Below, piece by piece: positions 38,468-47,732 of a stretch of DNA of 64,000 nucleotides. The notes below the pieces were generated by a model. That model was not told the origin of the DNA, did not search any database, and saw nothing but the letters and a program-made list of their open reading frames with translations. The position numbers and the translations under genes were made by a program. The stretch is taken from positions 126,392 through 190,391 of IMG/VR virus record IMGVR_UViG_3300036715_001865; one strand, written 5' to 3'. How positions within the stretch are numbered: position 1 is the stretch's first letter; every line of letters starts with the position of its first letter. This DNA comes from a virus.

Positions 38468-39217
38468 ATGTTGTTGTGTGAAGTACGACCACAATTGCCA
38501 ACTTCCAATAAAAAGATCCAAATCCCCCAAATGTCAAAAGCAAGACATTTGGGAGCTGGAATACAAGGATTTGCAAAACAGCTTATTAATAAGCCAAATA
38601 CCGTCGTTAAGATTGCCTTAACGGCAAATGTTGATGCTTACGAGGAATTTATACGGCTTGCAATGGCACATCAAGATAATCCATTTTTTCCAAAAATTAA
38701 AGCAGTAAAAAAATATAAGATTGATGCTATGACTGAACAGGAGCATGCTGATTTAATGTTAAGTCTAGGTGTCTCATCAGATGCTATTCCTGATGAGGAT
38801 ATGTTAATGCACATGAATAATGTTATCATCATTGCTATGGAGAGGTTAATTCCAATTCATGCAAATTATTTACGTGATGAGGTCCCTCGTATGTTAATAG
38901 ATTTGTATGGAGATCATGTGGTAAACATGCTGCGACGAGATTTCGGTGACGATGTAACAGAAGATATTGATTTATTATTATATGCTTTGGTTAAGTGGTC
39001 TAACACCATATCAAAAAGAACCCCTAATAAACATTTTCGAAATATACTGAGATTGATGGCTCCATTGTGGCAAAAGTGGTATAAGGATACAAAAGCTGAT
39101 AATATGATGATTCGACAAACGCCCAATGGGCCACAGTTAGTTTTCTTGGATCCAGTGTGGTCACCTCCAGCAGGAATGATACCAAATAACCGTGATTATA
39201 TGATAGCATTTACATAA
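38468..39217 (+). CDS. Atypical kinase-fold protein, paralog 2
   Basis: LGAGIQG, VVKI, NPFFPKIK, MERL, DTKADNMM, FLDP. Confidence 0.7.
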   Translation: MLLCEVRPQLPTSNKKIQIPQMSKARHLGAGIQGFAKQLINKPNTVVKIALTANVDAYEEFIRLAMAHQDNPFFPKIKAVKKYKIDAMTEQEHADLMLSLGVSSDAIPDEDMLMHMNNVIIIAMERLIPIHANYLRDEVPRMLIDLYGDHVVNMLRRDFGDDVTEDIDLLLYALVKWSNTISKRTPNKHFRNILRLMAPLWQKWYKDTKADNMMIRQTPNGPQLVFLDPVWSPPAGMIPNNRDYMIAFT

Positions 39218-39228
39218 AGGATTAAATT

Positions 39229-39471
39229 ATGAATATAAATGAATTATTGCTTAAGCCAACAAAACCTAAGAAAAAGAAAGCAAAAATTTTAAAAGAGGCT
39301 TTTCCGTTTCCAGATGATCAAGTGCCAGTTGTTATTGGTGGAATTACATTTGACCCACCATTTTATCCAATGGCAGCAAATATTGAAGATAAAAATGGTC
39401 AATTATTATGTACTTGTGCCAATAATGGAGTTGCAAAGGCTTTAGTTGACCTTATTGATAGGGTGATGTAA
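39229..39471 (+). CDS. Hypothetical protein (MNINELL N-terminus)
   Basis: 80-aa ORF. Confidence 0.6.
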   Translation: MNINELLLKPTKPKKKKAKILKEAFPFPDDQVPVVIGGITFDPPFYPMAANIEDKNGQLLCTCANNGVAKALVDLIDRVM

Positions 39472-40171
39472 ATGCTTTTGACTGAACTACTAAACAAAAC
39501 ATCACCAACCATTAAAACGTCTAAATCATCAACGTCAGGAATTTTAACCCATTCCACTCAACAGGTAATTGGTGGAGGAGCCCAGGCTATTGCGTACCTA
39601 CATAAAAAATTTCCAGGTAAGGTTATCAAAACGATTCAGCTTAGTGGAACGGATGATCCAGTGTATCAATTTATGAGATTAGCCATGAAACACCAAAATA
39701 ATCCATACTTTCCTAAAATATATAGTGTGAAAATGTATCCCACTACTCAAGATAGTATGGATGATAGAGCAGATGAGTTTGATATTTTGGATACAAAGGG
39801 TGACTATAATCCTCCACCAGATACTATGAATTATACAGCATATGTGGTGATGGAAAAATTAAAACCACTCAGTAACATCACTAACCAAGATTTGGAAAAA
39901 TTTGGACTAGAGGATTTCAGCTTACCCCCTTCATATGAAAACATATGGGAGACAAGCTGAAATCAGGTTTAGAATGGCTTTTCAAAATCCTGAGATTCGA
40001 CGTGAGATGATACGATCAATACAAGAACCAAATCTAAAACAAGCTCTTCGGTTATTGGAACCATTGTTTAGACACTATACCCCTGATATGCATGGAGCTA
40101 ATATAATGGTTCGTGGTACTCAGTGGGTGTTTATAGATCCAGTGTCATTAGATGATGAAGACGAGGTGTGA
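39472..40171 (+). pseudogene. Atypical kinase paralog 3, split by a +1 frameshift (ORFs 39472-39960 and 39935-40171)
   Basis: N-half IGGGAQA, NPYFPKIY, MEKL; C-half PDMHGANIM, FIDP; C5 run at 39925-39929. Confidence 0.75.
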
Positions 40172-40205
40172 TTAGCATAAATACGTTACAATTAAGGAGA
40201 TTGTT

Positions 40206-40394
40206 ATGAAGGCAAAAGAAGTACTTGAAGAAAACATTATGCAGTACCCAGAAACAATAACAGCATTGGACCAATTAGTTAGATTTACAATTGCTCCACT
40301 GTTTGATGACTTGGCACTAACAAAAAAAGAAATTAAACAAGCGTCTCAGTTTATACAAAATAGACTGATGACAATGGCAGATAGTAAACGGTAA
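40206..40394 (+). CDS. Hypothetical late protein
   Basis: ATAAATA at 40177 and SD AAGGAG. Confidence 0.6.
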   Translation: MKAKEVLEENIMQYPETITALDQLVRFTIAPLFDDLALTKKEIKQASQFIQNRLMTMADSKR

Positions 40395-40626
40395 TAAATT
40401 TTTTGTTGACTTTTTTGACAAAAGCATATATACTTCATCACATAAATTATTTAATAGAGATACCAAATGAAATTATCACAACATCAACATAGTATTTTAC
40501 GATTTAGCCAATATTGGCTAGGTGGGATGCTGTGCTTATTAGATTGTGATTATAGCTATGGCGGACCTACAAAGACCTTTCGTGAGAATTGAATAAGAAG
40601 ATAATAACTTCACAATGCACTTAATG

Positions 40627-40664
40627 AAAGGTCCAAACGGTAAAAGTTTAGGACCTTTTTTTTT
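40627..40664 (+). terminator. Intrinsic terminator
   Basis: AAAGGTCC...GGACCTTT plus long T-tract. Confidence 0.75.
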
Positions 40665-40792
40665 GGTCTGTAATATGTGGTAAGATGAGTAACGAGTGCT
40701 CCGCTAACCCACAAAAAATAAATTAGTAAAATGGCGGATGCTAAGAGATAATATCAACCAGTATGTTTAGGGACGGCCTAGACGATAATTAT

Positions 40793-40865
40793 GGCGATTG
40801 TGTTGTAACGGTTAGCATCCAATACTGTGAATATTGAGGATAGGGTTCAACCCCCTGCTTTCGCC
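40793..40865 (+). tRNA. tRNA-His(GTG) with genomically encoded G-1:C73
   Basis: Anticodon arm CAATA-CTGTGAA-TATTG; two T-T mismatches in the acceptor stem. Confidence 0.85.
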
Positions 40866-40906
40866 CAAAGTTATAAATATGGATATAAATGTTTGAGGTT
40901 GTTAAT

Positions 40907-41960
40907 ATGTTATTAAATGAATTGAGTGTGTTAGTTGAAAAAAGAAGAAATCCAAAAATGAACCCAAGATACTCTCCAGAAGACCAACTGCAACAATTGT
41001 CTCAAAAATTAGGTGGTGCTATAGATAATGTATTTGTCACCTTTACTCAAGTTGATAAACTAGGGACTAATCCACAAAGTGGTTATTATACTCCAATGGG
41101 GATTTATGCATATCCATTACAATATGTACTTGACCAAAACATGGATGTTCCATATGCAGGAGAAGCTAAATATATTCAAGTATTTAAGGTTCAAGAATTA
41201 ACAAACGTGTGGACCGTATCAGATGAATCACAGTTCGAGGAAATGAAAAGAAAGTTAAAAATCACTGAACCAAAAATGCTACAACATTGAAAATACCTCA
41301 GATACTTCAGAGTTATGGGATTGTATTCAACAATATGTTATAGACACTACAGATACTGACAAGGCTGCAGGATTGGCGTTTAGAAAATTGCTCAAAAAAA
41401 CTGGTATAGATGGGGTCATAGATCATGGGAGTGGAATCATATTTAATGAAGAGCCTACTCAGGCAGTGTTCTTCCATCTAAAAAATTTAACATTGATGGA
41501 TACTATTGATAATAGTAGTTGGTTGGTTAATTACTATAAACCAATATCAAATAAACTCAATACACCAGATGTATCTACTATAACCCCTGTGGAAGCTGTT
41601 AATTTGAGCACAGCAAAACAACGAAGAATAAGACAACTTGAGCCAATAATTCTAACAAGAGTTGACCCAGCTATATCATATGCTCGTACTATTATTAAAG
41701 GTAGATGGCCTGAACTTGAACACCGGTTATTGGAAGATAAAGATCCTGAAGCTATACTAAAATACGCAAATCTGGTTGTAAGAGGGCGGTTTATTGAGGG
41801 CGAGAGAATTTTAGCATCTAATCCACCCACAGCAGTAATATATGCTAGACAGGTATTAAAAGGAAGGTTTCCAATGGGTGAGCGTCAAATCAGACAAGAT
41901 AAAAACAGTGCTATGTTGTATACAAAATTTTTGAAAACAATTGGTGAAACGTTCATATAA
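40907..41960 (+). pseudogene. Late-gene ORF split by a +1 frameshift (40907-41290 plus 41259-41960)
   Basis: Second frame open from 41259 with no suitable start; A5 runs at 41257 and 41272; TATAAATA at 40872; C-terminal YA..(V/I).GR(W/F).E repeats. Confidence 0.65.
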
Positions 41961-42013
41961 TAACTATTGGTATGTGGTTTGTATAAATAAGACGTACTGT
42001 ATAGGAGTTAAAC

Positions 42014-42247
42014 ATGAAAGTATTAGAATTGTTATCAGAAGGTTTTTTTGGTGGTGAAGATAAAGACCCAACAAAACGCCACTCAGTTGTGACATATGAT
42101 ATGTCAAAAGGCAAATCAGCTAATTGGGCGGTATATGCAGGAAGTAGACAAGTAGCTAAAGATAAAACCAAAGCAGATGCAATGGCAATGGTTAATTCAC
42201 AAGTACTAACCAAAAAGTTTGGCAAGTTAACAGCTAAACAAGTATAA
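42014..42247 (+). CDS. Small late protein, member of a 3-gene repeat-domain family
   Basis: TATAAATA at 41982; ends KKFGKLTAKQV. Confidence 0.65.
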   Translation: MKVLELLSEGFFGGEDKDPTKRHSVVTYDMSKGKSANWAVYAGSRQVAKDKTKADAMAMVNSQVLTKKFGKLTAKQV

Positions 42248-42256
42248 CGGCTTAAT

Positions 42257-42325
42257 GCCCCTTCTGGCGGAACCAGACCCGACACTACGAATGTTGGTGA
42301 GATGATTCGACTTCATCAAGGGGTG
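42257..42325 (+). tRNA. tRNA-Arg(ACG), short D arm
   Basis: GCCCCTT/AAGGGGT; anticodon loop CTACGAA. Confidence 0.75.
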
Positions 42326-42410
42326 CATAAAATTTGTCCTCTGTTGATTTATTAAAGTATTTGTGTATAATACTCTGCATAAGTTAAGTAATTCACACAT
42401 AGGATTTCAA

Positions 42411-42767
42411 ATGAGATTAAAACTTGTAGGGTTTAGATTAGAAGATGAATATGGTGTTGTTACAACCATTGATAAAGTGCCTCACAAAAGTGAAATGGGT
42501 GAATTGGAAAATAAAGGATATAAAAAACTTTATGTTGTCGATGAAGATGCTATGTGTTCCATTGGAAGTGCTACTAATTTTGTTGTAGCTCCATATAAAC
42601 CATTTGTCAATTTGAGAAATGATGTGGCTGGTTTGGTTAGTATTATGGAAGATGATGGTAAATCATATTCTGAAATTTTAGAGTCGTTATACTCTGAATA
42701 CACATTATCAAAAAGTCTTAAAGATGAGTTGCCAAATTTAGTAGCTTATTTGATGGATGAAGAATAA
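42411..42767 (+). CDS. Hypothetical protein
   Basis: Sigma70-type promoter at 42344-42371. Confidence 0.65.
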   Translation: MRLKLVGFRLEDEYGVVTTIDKVPHKSEMGELENKGYKKLYVVDEDAMCSIGSATNFVVAPYKPFVNLRNDVAGLVSIMEDDGKSYSEILESLYSEYTLSKSLKDELPNLVAYLMDEE

Positions 42768-42777
42768 GTAATATTTT

Positions 42778-42848
42778 GCGGGACTGGTATATAGATTGTG
42801 CCCCTGCCTTCCAAGCAGGTGAATTGGGTTTGATTCCCAAGTTCCGCT
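42778..42848 (+). tRNA. tRNA-Gly(TCC)
   Basis: CCTGC-CTTCCAA-GCAGG; T73. Confidence 0.88.
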
Positions 42849-42863
42849 CAAACAAGAAATAAA

Positions 42864-42938
42864 GCCTGTGTAGCTCAATGGTAGAGTCCCAGTTTTCCAA
42901 ACTGGTTGTTGACGGTTCGAGTCCGTTCGCCGGCTCCA
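42864..42938 (+). tRNA. tRNA-Gly(TCC), second copy, CCA encoded
   Basis: CCAGT-TTTCCAA-ACTGG. Confidence 0.9.
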
Positions 42939-43015
42939 AGATTTTTTGGTGTTTTAACTTAGAATAGAGAGGTGGAAATGAGAATTGTTAAGAAGTTAGT
43001 TCGAATAGAAGATGT

Positions 43016-43372
43016 GTGTATGTGTGTACAGGAACGTTGGATAAAGTAGCGACAGTGGCTGTTCATGCTGCCAATACAACTTACCGTGGTGGCTATATTA
43101 GCCCAACTCCTATTCCATTACTTTGTGATGGAACTGCAGTGTGGTCACTTAGAAACGACGTTGACATTAATGATAGTCGGAACGTAAAAGGATACCAACA
43201 CGATAATTACCGATCGTTGTTATTTGTTAATCCCCGCACAGATGTTATTATGATAACGAATCCTTCCAATCGAAGAGATGAGGACCATCATGTTCCAATC
43301 TGTGAAATGAAAAAACAATCAATTGCTGAAATGATTGATGTGTTACAAATGTTGTATAAAGCGGCGCCGTAA
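43016..43372 (+). CDS. Hypothetical protein (start uncertain)
   Basis: ORF track. Confidence 0.45.
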   Translation: MYVCTGTLDKVATVAVHAANTTYRGGYISPTPIPLLCDGTAVWSLRNDVDINDSRNVKGYQHDNYRSLLFVNPRTDVIMITNPSNRRDEDHHVPICEMKKQSIAEMIDVLQMLYKAAP

Positions 43373-43446
43373 CTACCACAGCTAGTTGATTAAAGTAATA
43401 AATTAGAAGATAATATATTTTTAAATAAATCGAGGAGTTAACAAAT

Positions 43447-43803
43447 ATGTCAATTGAAATGAATGAAATCGCCACTGAAAACTTAGCCGCAGCCAAATCC
43501 GCAGCAGTAATCACAGCTGGTACTATTGCAAATACACAATTGGCTAAGTTAGTCGCTAAAAAATCACCAATGATGATTAGAGGGTATGTTGATACTCCAA
43601 TCGGTAAATTGGTATTGGCTAATATCGTTTCCCAAGCATTCAAACATATGCGCCCAGGTGATGCTAAATTGGAATTGTTGTCTGAAGGTATGATGATTGC
43701 TGCATATCAAAACGTGATTGGCACGATTGACCTTGATGGTCTGATTGATGAGTTCGTTGAGTCTGCAAGTGTATCAAGAGTGTTAGACACCCTTGGTGAG
43801 TAA
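43447..43803 (+). CDS. Hypothetical phage protein
   Basis: SD GAGGAG; followed by hairpin 43817-43838. Confidence 0.75.
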   Translation: MSIEMNEIATENLAAAKSAAVITAGTIANTQLAKLVAKKSPMMIRGYVDTPIGKLVLANIVSQAFKHMRPGDAKLELLSEGMMIAAYQNVIGTIDLDGLIDEFVESASVSRVLDTLGE

Positions 43804-43902
43804 GTAAACATATCAGGGGCTGTTTAATATAGCCCCTGTAGCAAGGTCTAGTATGCGGTTACACTTATAGGTGTAACTATTCTTGGTACAAGGTGAAATA
43901 AA

Positions 43903-44325
43903 TTGGATGTTTTTAAAAATACTAATGTTGTAGTTAAAAAGAAACAAGGGGACTTGGGTGTTGCTCGAGCTATTTATGAATATACTAAAATGGGATATAC
44001 AGTTTTAGCCCCACTATCTGACTCAGATAAATATGATTTAGTTGTAGATACAGGTGATGGATTTTTAAAAGTTCAAGTAAAAACATCCAGATGCAAGCCT
44101 ACTCAAAAAGGCCAATCAGGATGGCTAGTAAATCTTGCTACTAGAGGAGGAAATACCACTACAAATACTATCCGTTGTAGAGAAGTAGCAGATTACGATA
44201 TACTATTTGTATTGGTAGACACTGGAGATTGTTGGTCTATCCCAACAATAGCTTTGGGAGATGCAAAATATAGTATAAAATTAGGTACCACTAGTGGTAT
44301 AAAATACGCAGCATATAAACTGTAA
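43903..44325 (+). mobile_element. PD-(D/E)xK endonuclease in the tRNA cluster
   Basis: KQGDLG, YDLVVD...KVQVKT; ends 4 nt before tRNA-Tyr. Confidence 0.8.
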
Positions 44326-44329
44326 TATT

Positions 44330-44416
44330 GGGGTTGCTGAGCGCTGGAGAGCTCAACTGACTGTAAATCAGCCGCATCCAAATAAGCCTGTGTAGGTTCG
44401 AGTCCTACCAGCCCCA
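44330..44416 (+). tRNA. tRNA-Tyr(GTA)
   Basis: Anticodon loop CTGTAAA; long variable arm. Confidence 0.88.
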
Positions 44417-44534
44417 CATAATAAGAAGTTAAATAGTAGTTTGTTGTTGCCAATGTGTTTATATGAGTGGTTGAGTTCTTCATATAAAATGACAACTCCT
44501 AAACGTATAGGAACTCAACACTTTTTATTATTCA

Positions 44535-44606
44535 GGTCTTGTATTCATTTGGCAAAGATGCCTCTCTGTCTAAGAGGTTAAGTGGGTTCGATTCCCATCA
44601 AGATCG
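44535..44606 (+). tRNA. tRNA-Asp(GTC)
   Basis: CCTCT-CTGTCTA-AGAGG; G73. Confidence 0.9.
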
Positions 44607-44675
44607 CATAATTAAATCACTAGTTGATTTTAATAAATTTTAATGTATAATAGATTTTTTCAATTGGAGATATTA

Positions 44676-44858
44676 ATGAATGAAACGTTTTTGTTGTTAG
44701 CTTATTCGTGGTCCAATGTGTACAAACATTTAACTGGTACTGCGTTCTCCAACAAACAATTGTCCAATAATATATTGAATGTTGGTGAATTGGTTGTAAG
44801 TTATATGGTTGTAGCTGCACAATTGTTATTAGCTGTTGTATTAATTAAAGTACTATAG
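44676..44858 (+). CDS. Small membrane protein
   Basis: Promoter 44624-44651, SD GGAG. Confidence 0.55.
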   Translation: MNETFLLLAYSWSNVYKHLTGTAFSNKQLSNNILNVGELVVSYMVVAAQLLLAVVLIKVL

Positions 44859-44867
44859 AGGTGAAGT

Positions 44868-45227
44868 ATGAGCGAATGTGTTTTTGAAAGAGAGTTGTTA
44901 TTTCTGGAAGCTAGATATCCTGTGTTATCGGAGGAAAAATTAAGACAGTTGCCGTGGAATAGATTAAAAAATATAATGGCCCGAGTACGAGCTTTTAATA
45001 GTGGGATTGGTGAGTGGTATGGTATTGATTATCATGAGTCGTGTGATCCACCTGAAGAGTTAGATGAATCCATGTTTTCAACATGGGAAGAACGTAAAGA
45101 AGCCATTAAAATACTGTTAGCTCCACATAGAGAGTATTTTAAGTTGTTGAAAAAATGTGCAGCTGAGCTACCAAATTATCAATTGGTAGAATCCCCTCGG
45201 GTAAAGCGACACAAAAGAAAGAAATGA
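44868..45227 (+). CDS. Hypothetical protein
   Basis: SD GAGGTG. Confidence 0.7.
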   Translation: MSECVFERELLFLEARYPVLSEEKLRQLPWNRLKNIMARVRAFNSGIGEWYGIDYHESCDPPEELDESMFSTWEERKEAIKILLAPHREYFKLLKKCAAELPNYQLVESPRVKRHKRKK

Positions 45228-45232
45228 TTAAT

Positions 45233-45322
45233 GGGTCTTGAAATAAGGATAGACGGTTCTATCGGATGTCTGTAACACATCTCCTTCTTGGCATGCAGTT
45301 CAACTCTAGCCAAGGCCCACCA
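45233..45322 (+). ncRNA. Atypical tRNA-like RNA with GTA anticodon loop and encoded CCA
   Basis: GGGTCTT/AAGGCCC-A-CCA; GATGT-CTGTAAC-ACATC; distorted D and T arms. Confidence 0.55.
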
Positions 45323-45330
45323 ATTTTAAT

Positions 45331-45368
45331 GCCGGATGATCCAACTGTGAATCCAGTTGCCGGCTCCA
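45331..45368 (+). ncRNA. Gly-like tRNA minihelix ending in TCCA
   Basis: GCCGG/CCGGC plus CAACTG/CAGTTG hairpin. Confidence 0.4.
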
Positions 45369-45385
45369 ATTACAGAGGTAACAAG

Positions 45386-45880
45386 ATGAGTGAAACACAA
45401 ATTGAAGCACCAGATGAAGGTGAAGTATTTGGTGAATACCAGTTACATATTAAAACTTGGGAAAACGATGCTGACAACGTCGGGGTAAAGGTAATTTCGG
45501 GGTTATCCAAGACAGATGTTGGTTTTTATGTAGAAGTAGTAAAACAATTTACTAGTTGCAATTCTACCCCATCAGGTTTTGGTAATAGTTCAATTACAGA
45601 TGATGACCTAATTACCATTATACAAAAATCATTAGAAAAACATTCTGATGTATCAGACTTAGAGCAAGAACTGTTTGGTGGGTGGGATGAGCTTGATATA
45701 GATGACACCGATAAATTAACATATGCTGCTGATATACTGTATGATAATTTGTGTGTGTATATGTTGGGTTATCCAGAAGATGAGAGTTTTCGAGAACAAT
45801 ATCACTTTTGTAGAGTGTTTGATAGTTACAAAGTGTTGCATTTTCCTGTTAATGGAAATGATGTAACATCTGAATTTTAA
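45386..45880 (+). CDS. Hypothetical acidic protein
   Basis: Start reset to the ATG at 45386 (GAGG upstream). Confidence 0.7.
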   Translation: MSETQIEAPDEGEVFGEYQLHIKTWENDADNVGVKVISGLSKTDVGFYVEVVKQFTSCNSTPSGFGNSSITDDDLITIIQKSLEKHSDVSDLEQELFGGWDELDIDDTDKLTYAADILYDNLCVYMLGYPEDESFREQYHFCRVFDSYKVLHFPVNGNDVTSEF

Positions 45881-45888
45881 TAAATTCT

Positions 45889-45963
45889 GGCCGTGTGTCC
45901 CAACCTGGAAGAGGAAGCAGACTTAAAATCTGTTAGTTGTGGGTTCGAATCCCATCACGGCTA
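45889..45963 (+). tRNA. tRNA-Leu(TAA), short variable loop
   Basis: GCAGA-CTTAAAA-TCTGT; 5-nt variable loop. Confidence 0.85.
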
Positions 45964-45969
45964 CTAAAT

Positions 45970-46043
45970 GACCAAGTGTCCCAATTGGAAGAGGAAACAG
46001 TTTCAAACTCTGTTAGTTGTGGGTTCGACTCCCACCTTGGTTA
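45970..46043 (+). tRNA. tRNA-Leu(CAA), short variable loop, paralog of the previous tRNA
   Basis: ACAGT-TTCAAAC-TCTGT (31:39 mismatch). Confidence 0.75.
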
Positions 46044-46178
46044 CATATTTTCACAAGATGAAATGAGGAATTTATGATGAGTAGTAAGATTGGTTTATTA
46101 CCCATAAAAATAGGAGTTGTAATTGGGTTGTAGTAAGGGTTGTATTGTCCTTATTACATCAACAGATTGCAAAATAAT

Positions 46179-46253
46179 ATAGCTGTATTCAAAATGGACA
46201 AAGACCGCTGACTCTCTATCAGCTTTGTGCGGGTTCGATTCCCGTCAGCTATG
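46179..46253 (+). tRNA. tRNA-Glu(CTC)
   Basis: GCTGA-CTCTCTA-TCAGC. Confidence 0.88.
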
Positions 46254-46275
46254 CAACAACTTAATGGAAGTTATA

Positions 46276-46569
46276 ATGACTTTAAATATAAAAGATATGG
46301 TTAACAATGGACAAAAGGTTACTTTTGTTTGTTATGGAAGTGGTGAATTGTGGTATGTAACTGATTCGGGGTTTGAGTTCCCAGTACCGATTAGTGATAC
46401 AGGTGATGGAATCTTCTTAGCCTCAGACAAAGCAATGTTGTTTATGAGATACATTCGAAAACATATTGCATTTTTAGAAGAAAGTAAACAGCTTCAATTA
46501 AAAGAACAAGAGCGGCATAAAACAGAAGCACAGTTTCACATTGGTGTTTTAGGTATTCCAACACAGTAA
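46276..46569 (+). CDS. Hypothetical phage protein
   Basis: LWYVTDSGFEFPVPISDTGDG...MRYIRK. Confidence 0.7.
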   Translation: MTLNIKDMVNNGQKVTFVCYGSGELWYVTDSGFEFPVPISDTGDGIFLASDKAMLFMRYIRKHIAFLEESKQLQLKEQERHKTEAQFHIGVLGIPTQ

Positions 46570-46664
46570 TGAATTATTGATTAGTAAGGAAAGTAAAAGG
46601 AGCATGGGAAATAGTTGTTACCTCTAATAACAACGGTTGGATACCGCACCTGCTAATCAAAAAT

Positions 46665-46737
46665 GCCTCTTAAACTAATCTGGTGAAAGTGCAAGACTGA
46701 AAATCTTGAAAGCCTGGATCGAAACCAGGAAGAGGCA
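46665..46737 (+). tRNA. tRNA-Phe(GAA)
   Basis: CAAGA-CTGAAAA-TCTTG; T loop ATCGAAA. Confidence 0.88.
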
Positions 46738-46767
46738 CATATTTTAAAACAACTAGGGGATTATAAC

Positions 46768-46986
46768 ATGACACTAGAAATAGTAGCAGTAACAATTTTA
46801 TCTATCGTAGTAGGCACTCTAATGTTTACAGCATTGTTGGGAACAATATTCCCAAAATTGGGGCATAAGGTGTTTGGTTGGCATACTGTGAATACCGTTG
46901 ACAGTTTTGATGGTGCTAGTGTACATGGTACTTGTACTGTGTGTCATAAGGATTGTATGCAAGATAGCCAAGGAAATTGGTTTTAA
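46768..46986 (+). CDS. Small membrane protein with Cys/His motif
   Basis: N-terminal transmembrane segment; GWH...CTVC...DSQGNWF. Confidence 0.65.
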   Translation: MTLEIVAVTILSIVVGTLMFTALLGTIFPKLGHKVFGWHTVNTVDSFDGASVHGTCTVCHKDCMQDSQGNWF

Positions 46987-47001
46987 GAGTTTTAGTATTA
47001 A

Positions 47002-47170
47002 CTATGTAGTGTATTAGGTCGTACAAAGAGACGTTGACTCCGATAATAGTTAGGTCCGGATTGTAATTGTGCAATTATAGATATAGTCAAGTGGGATTAC
47101 AACAACGACTCCTGCTTGATGTTCCTTAAACGACAGCCCTATTAGTTGTCCGGTTTAATACACTACACAG
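47002..47170 (+). ncRNA. Candidate ~165-nt multibranch ncRNA
   Basis: 12-bp perfect closing stem 47005-16/47156-67 plus nested helices. Confidence 0.6.
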
Positions 47171-47225
47171 TTGATTAAATAATTAAAATAAGTATAATAC
47201 ATCTTAAGTTAGGAGGAAACACATT

Positions 47226-47630
47226 ATGACACCAGCAGAGCAATTAATACAAGATTATGACATTGAAGTAGATATTTGTGACGACCCAAGCGAATTTGCA
47301 GATTATTTTCGCGATTGTGGTAGTGATTACTTTGAATGTGGTCAAGGATTTTATCAAGATGAAGCTACAGTAATTGTCCAACTAGGTGATACTTATTTTA
47401 ATGTTTATTTGGAAGCTGAAATTGGTAGTCAAAAAATGGAACGTGGGGAGCGATTTTACTCTGTTGAAAATATCATTAAAGTTGAGTGGGAAGTAATTCC
47501 AACACCAGAGCTAAGAGCTAAATGTCAATACAGTATTGTGGCAACGCTTACAGATTTTGATCAACGAAGATTAGTTGAATATTTTGAAGAACACAATATC
47601 AGTCACACGATTGATAAGATTTTAATATAA
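47226..47630 (+). CDS. Hypothetical protein
   Basis: Promoter and SD AGGAGG. Confidence 0.75.
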   Translation: MTPAEQLIQDYDIEVDICDDPSEFADYFRDCGSDYFECGQGFYQDEATVIVQLGDTYFNVYLEAEIGSQKMERGERFYSVENIIKVEWEVIPTPELRAKCQYSIVATLTDFDQRRLVEYFEEHNISHTIDKILI

Positions 47631-47636
47631 AGAGAT

Positions 47637-47707
47637 GACGTGTTGGTATAGTGGTAGTGCCTAAGTCTGCAAAACTTATGACGGGAGTTCAATTCTCCCA
47701 CCCGTCT
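47637..47707 (+). tRNA. tRNA-Cys(GCA)
   Basis: TAAGT-CTGCAAA-ACTTA; T73. Confidence 0.85.
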
Positions 47708-47732
47708 CAAAAATTAGCAACAGGGGTATAAT

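Noticed and set aside
43835-43880. tRNA 5' remnant upstream of the PD-(D/E)xK gene
   Set aside because: Only a short GTAGCAAGG resemblance with no matching arms.
45970-46043. Opal suppressor or Sec tRNA with a TCA anticodon
   Set aside because: Alignment to the adjacent Leu(TAA) paralog places CAA at positions 34-36, and there are no Sec structural features.
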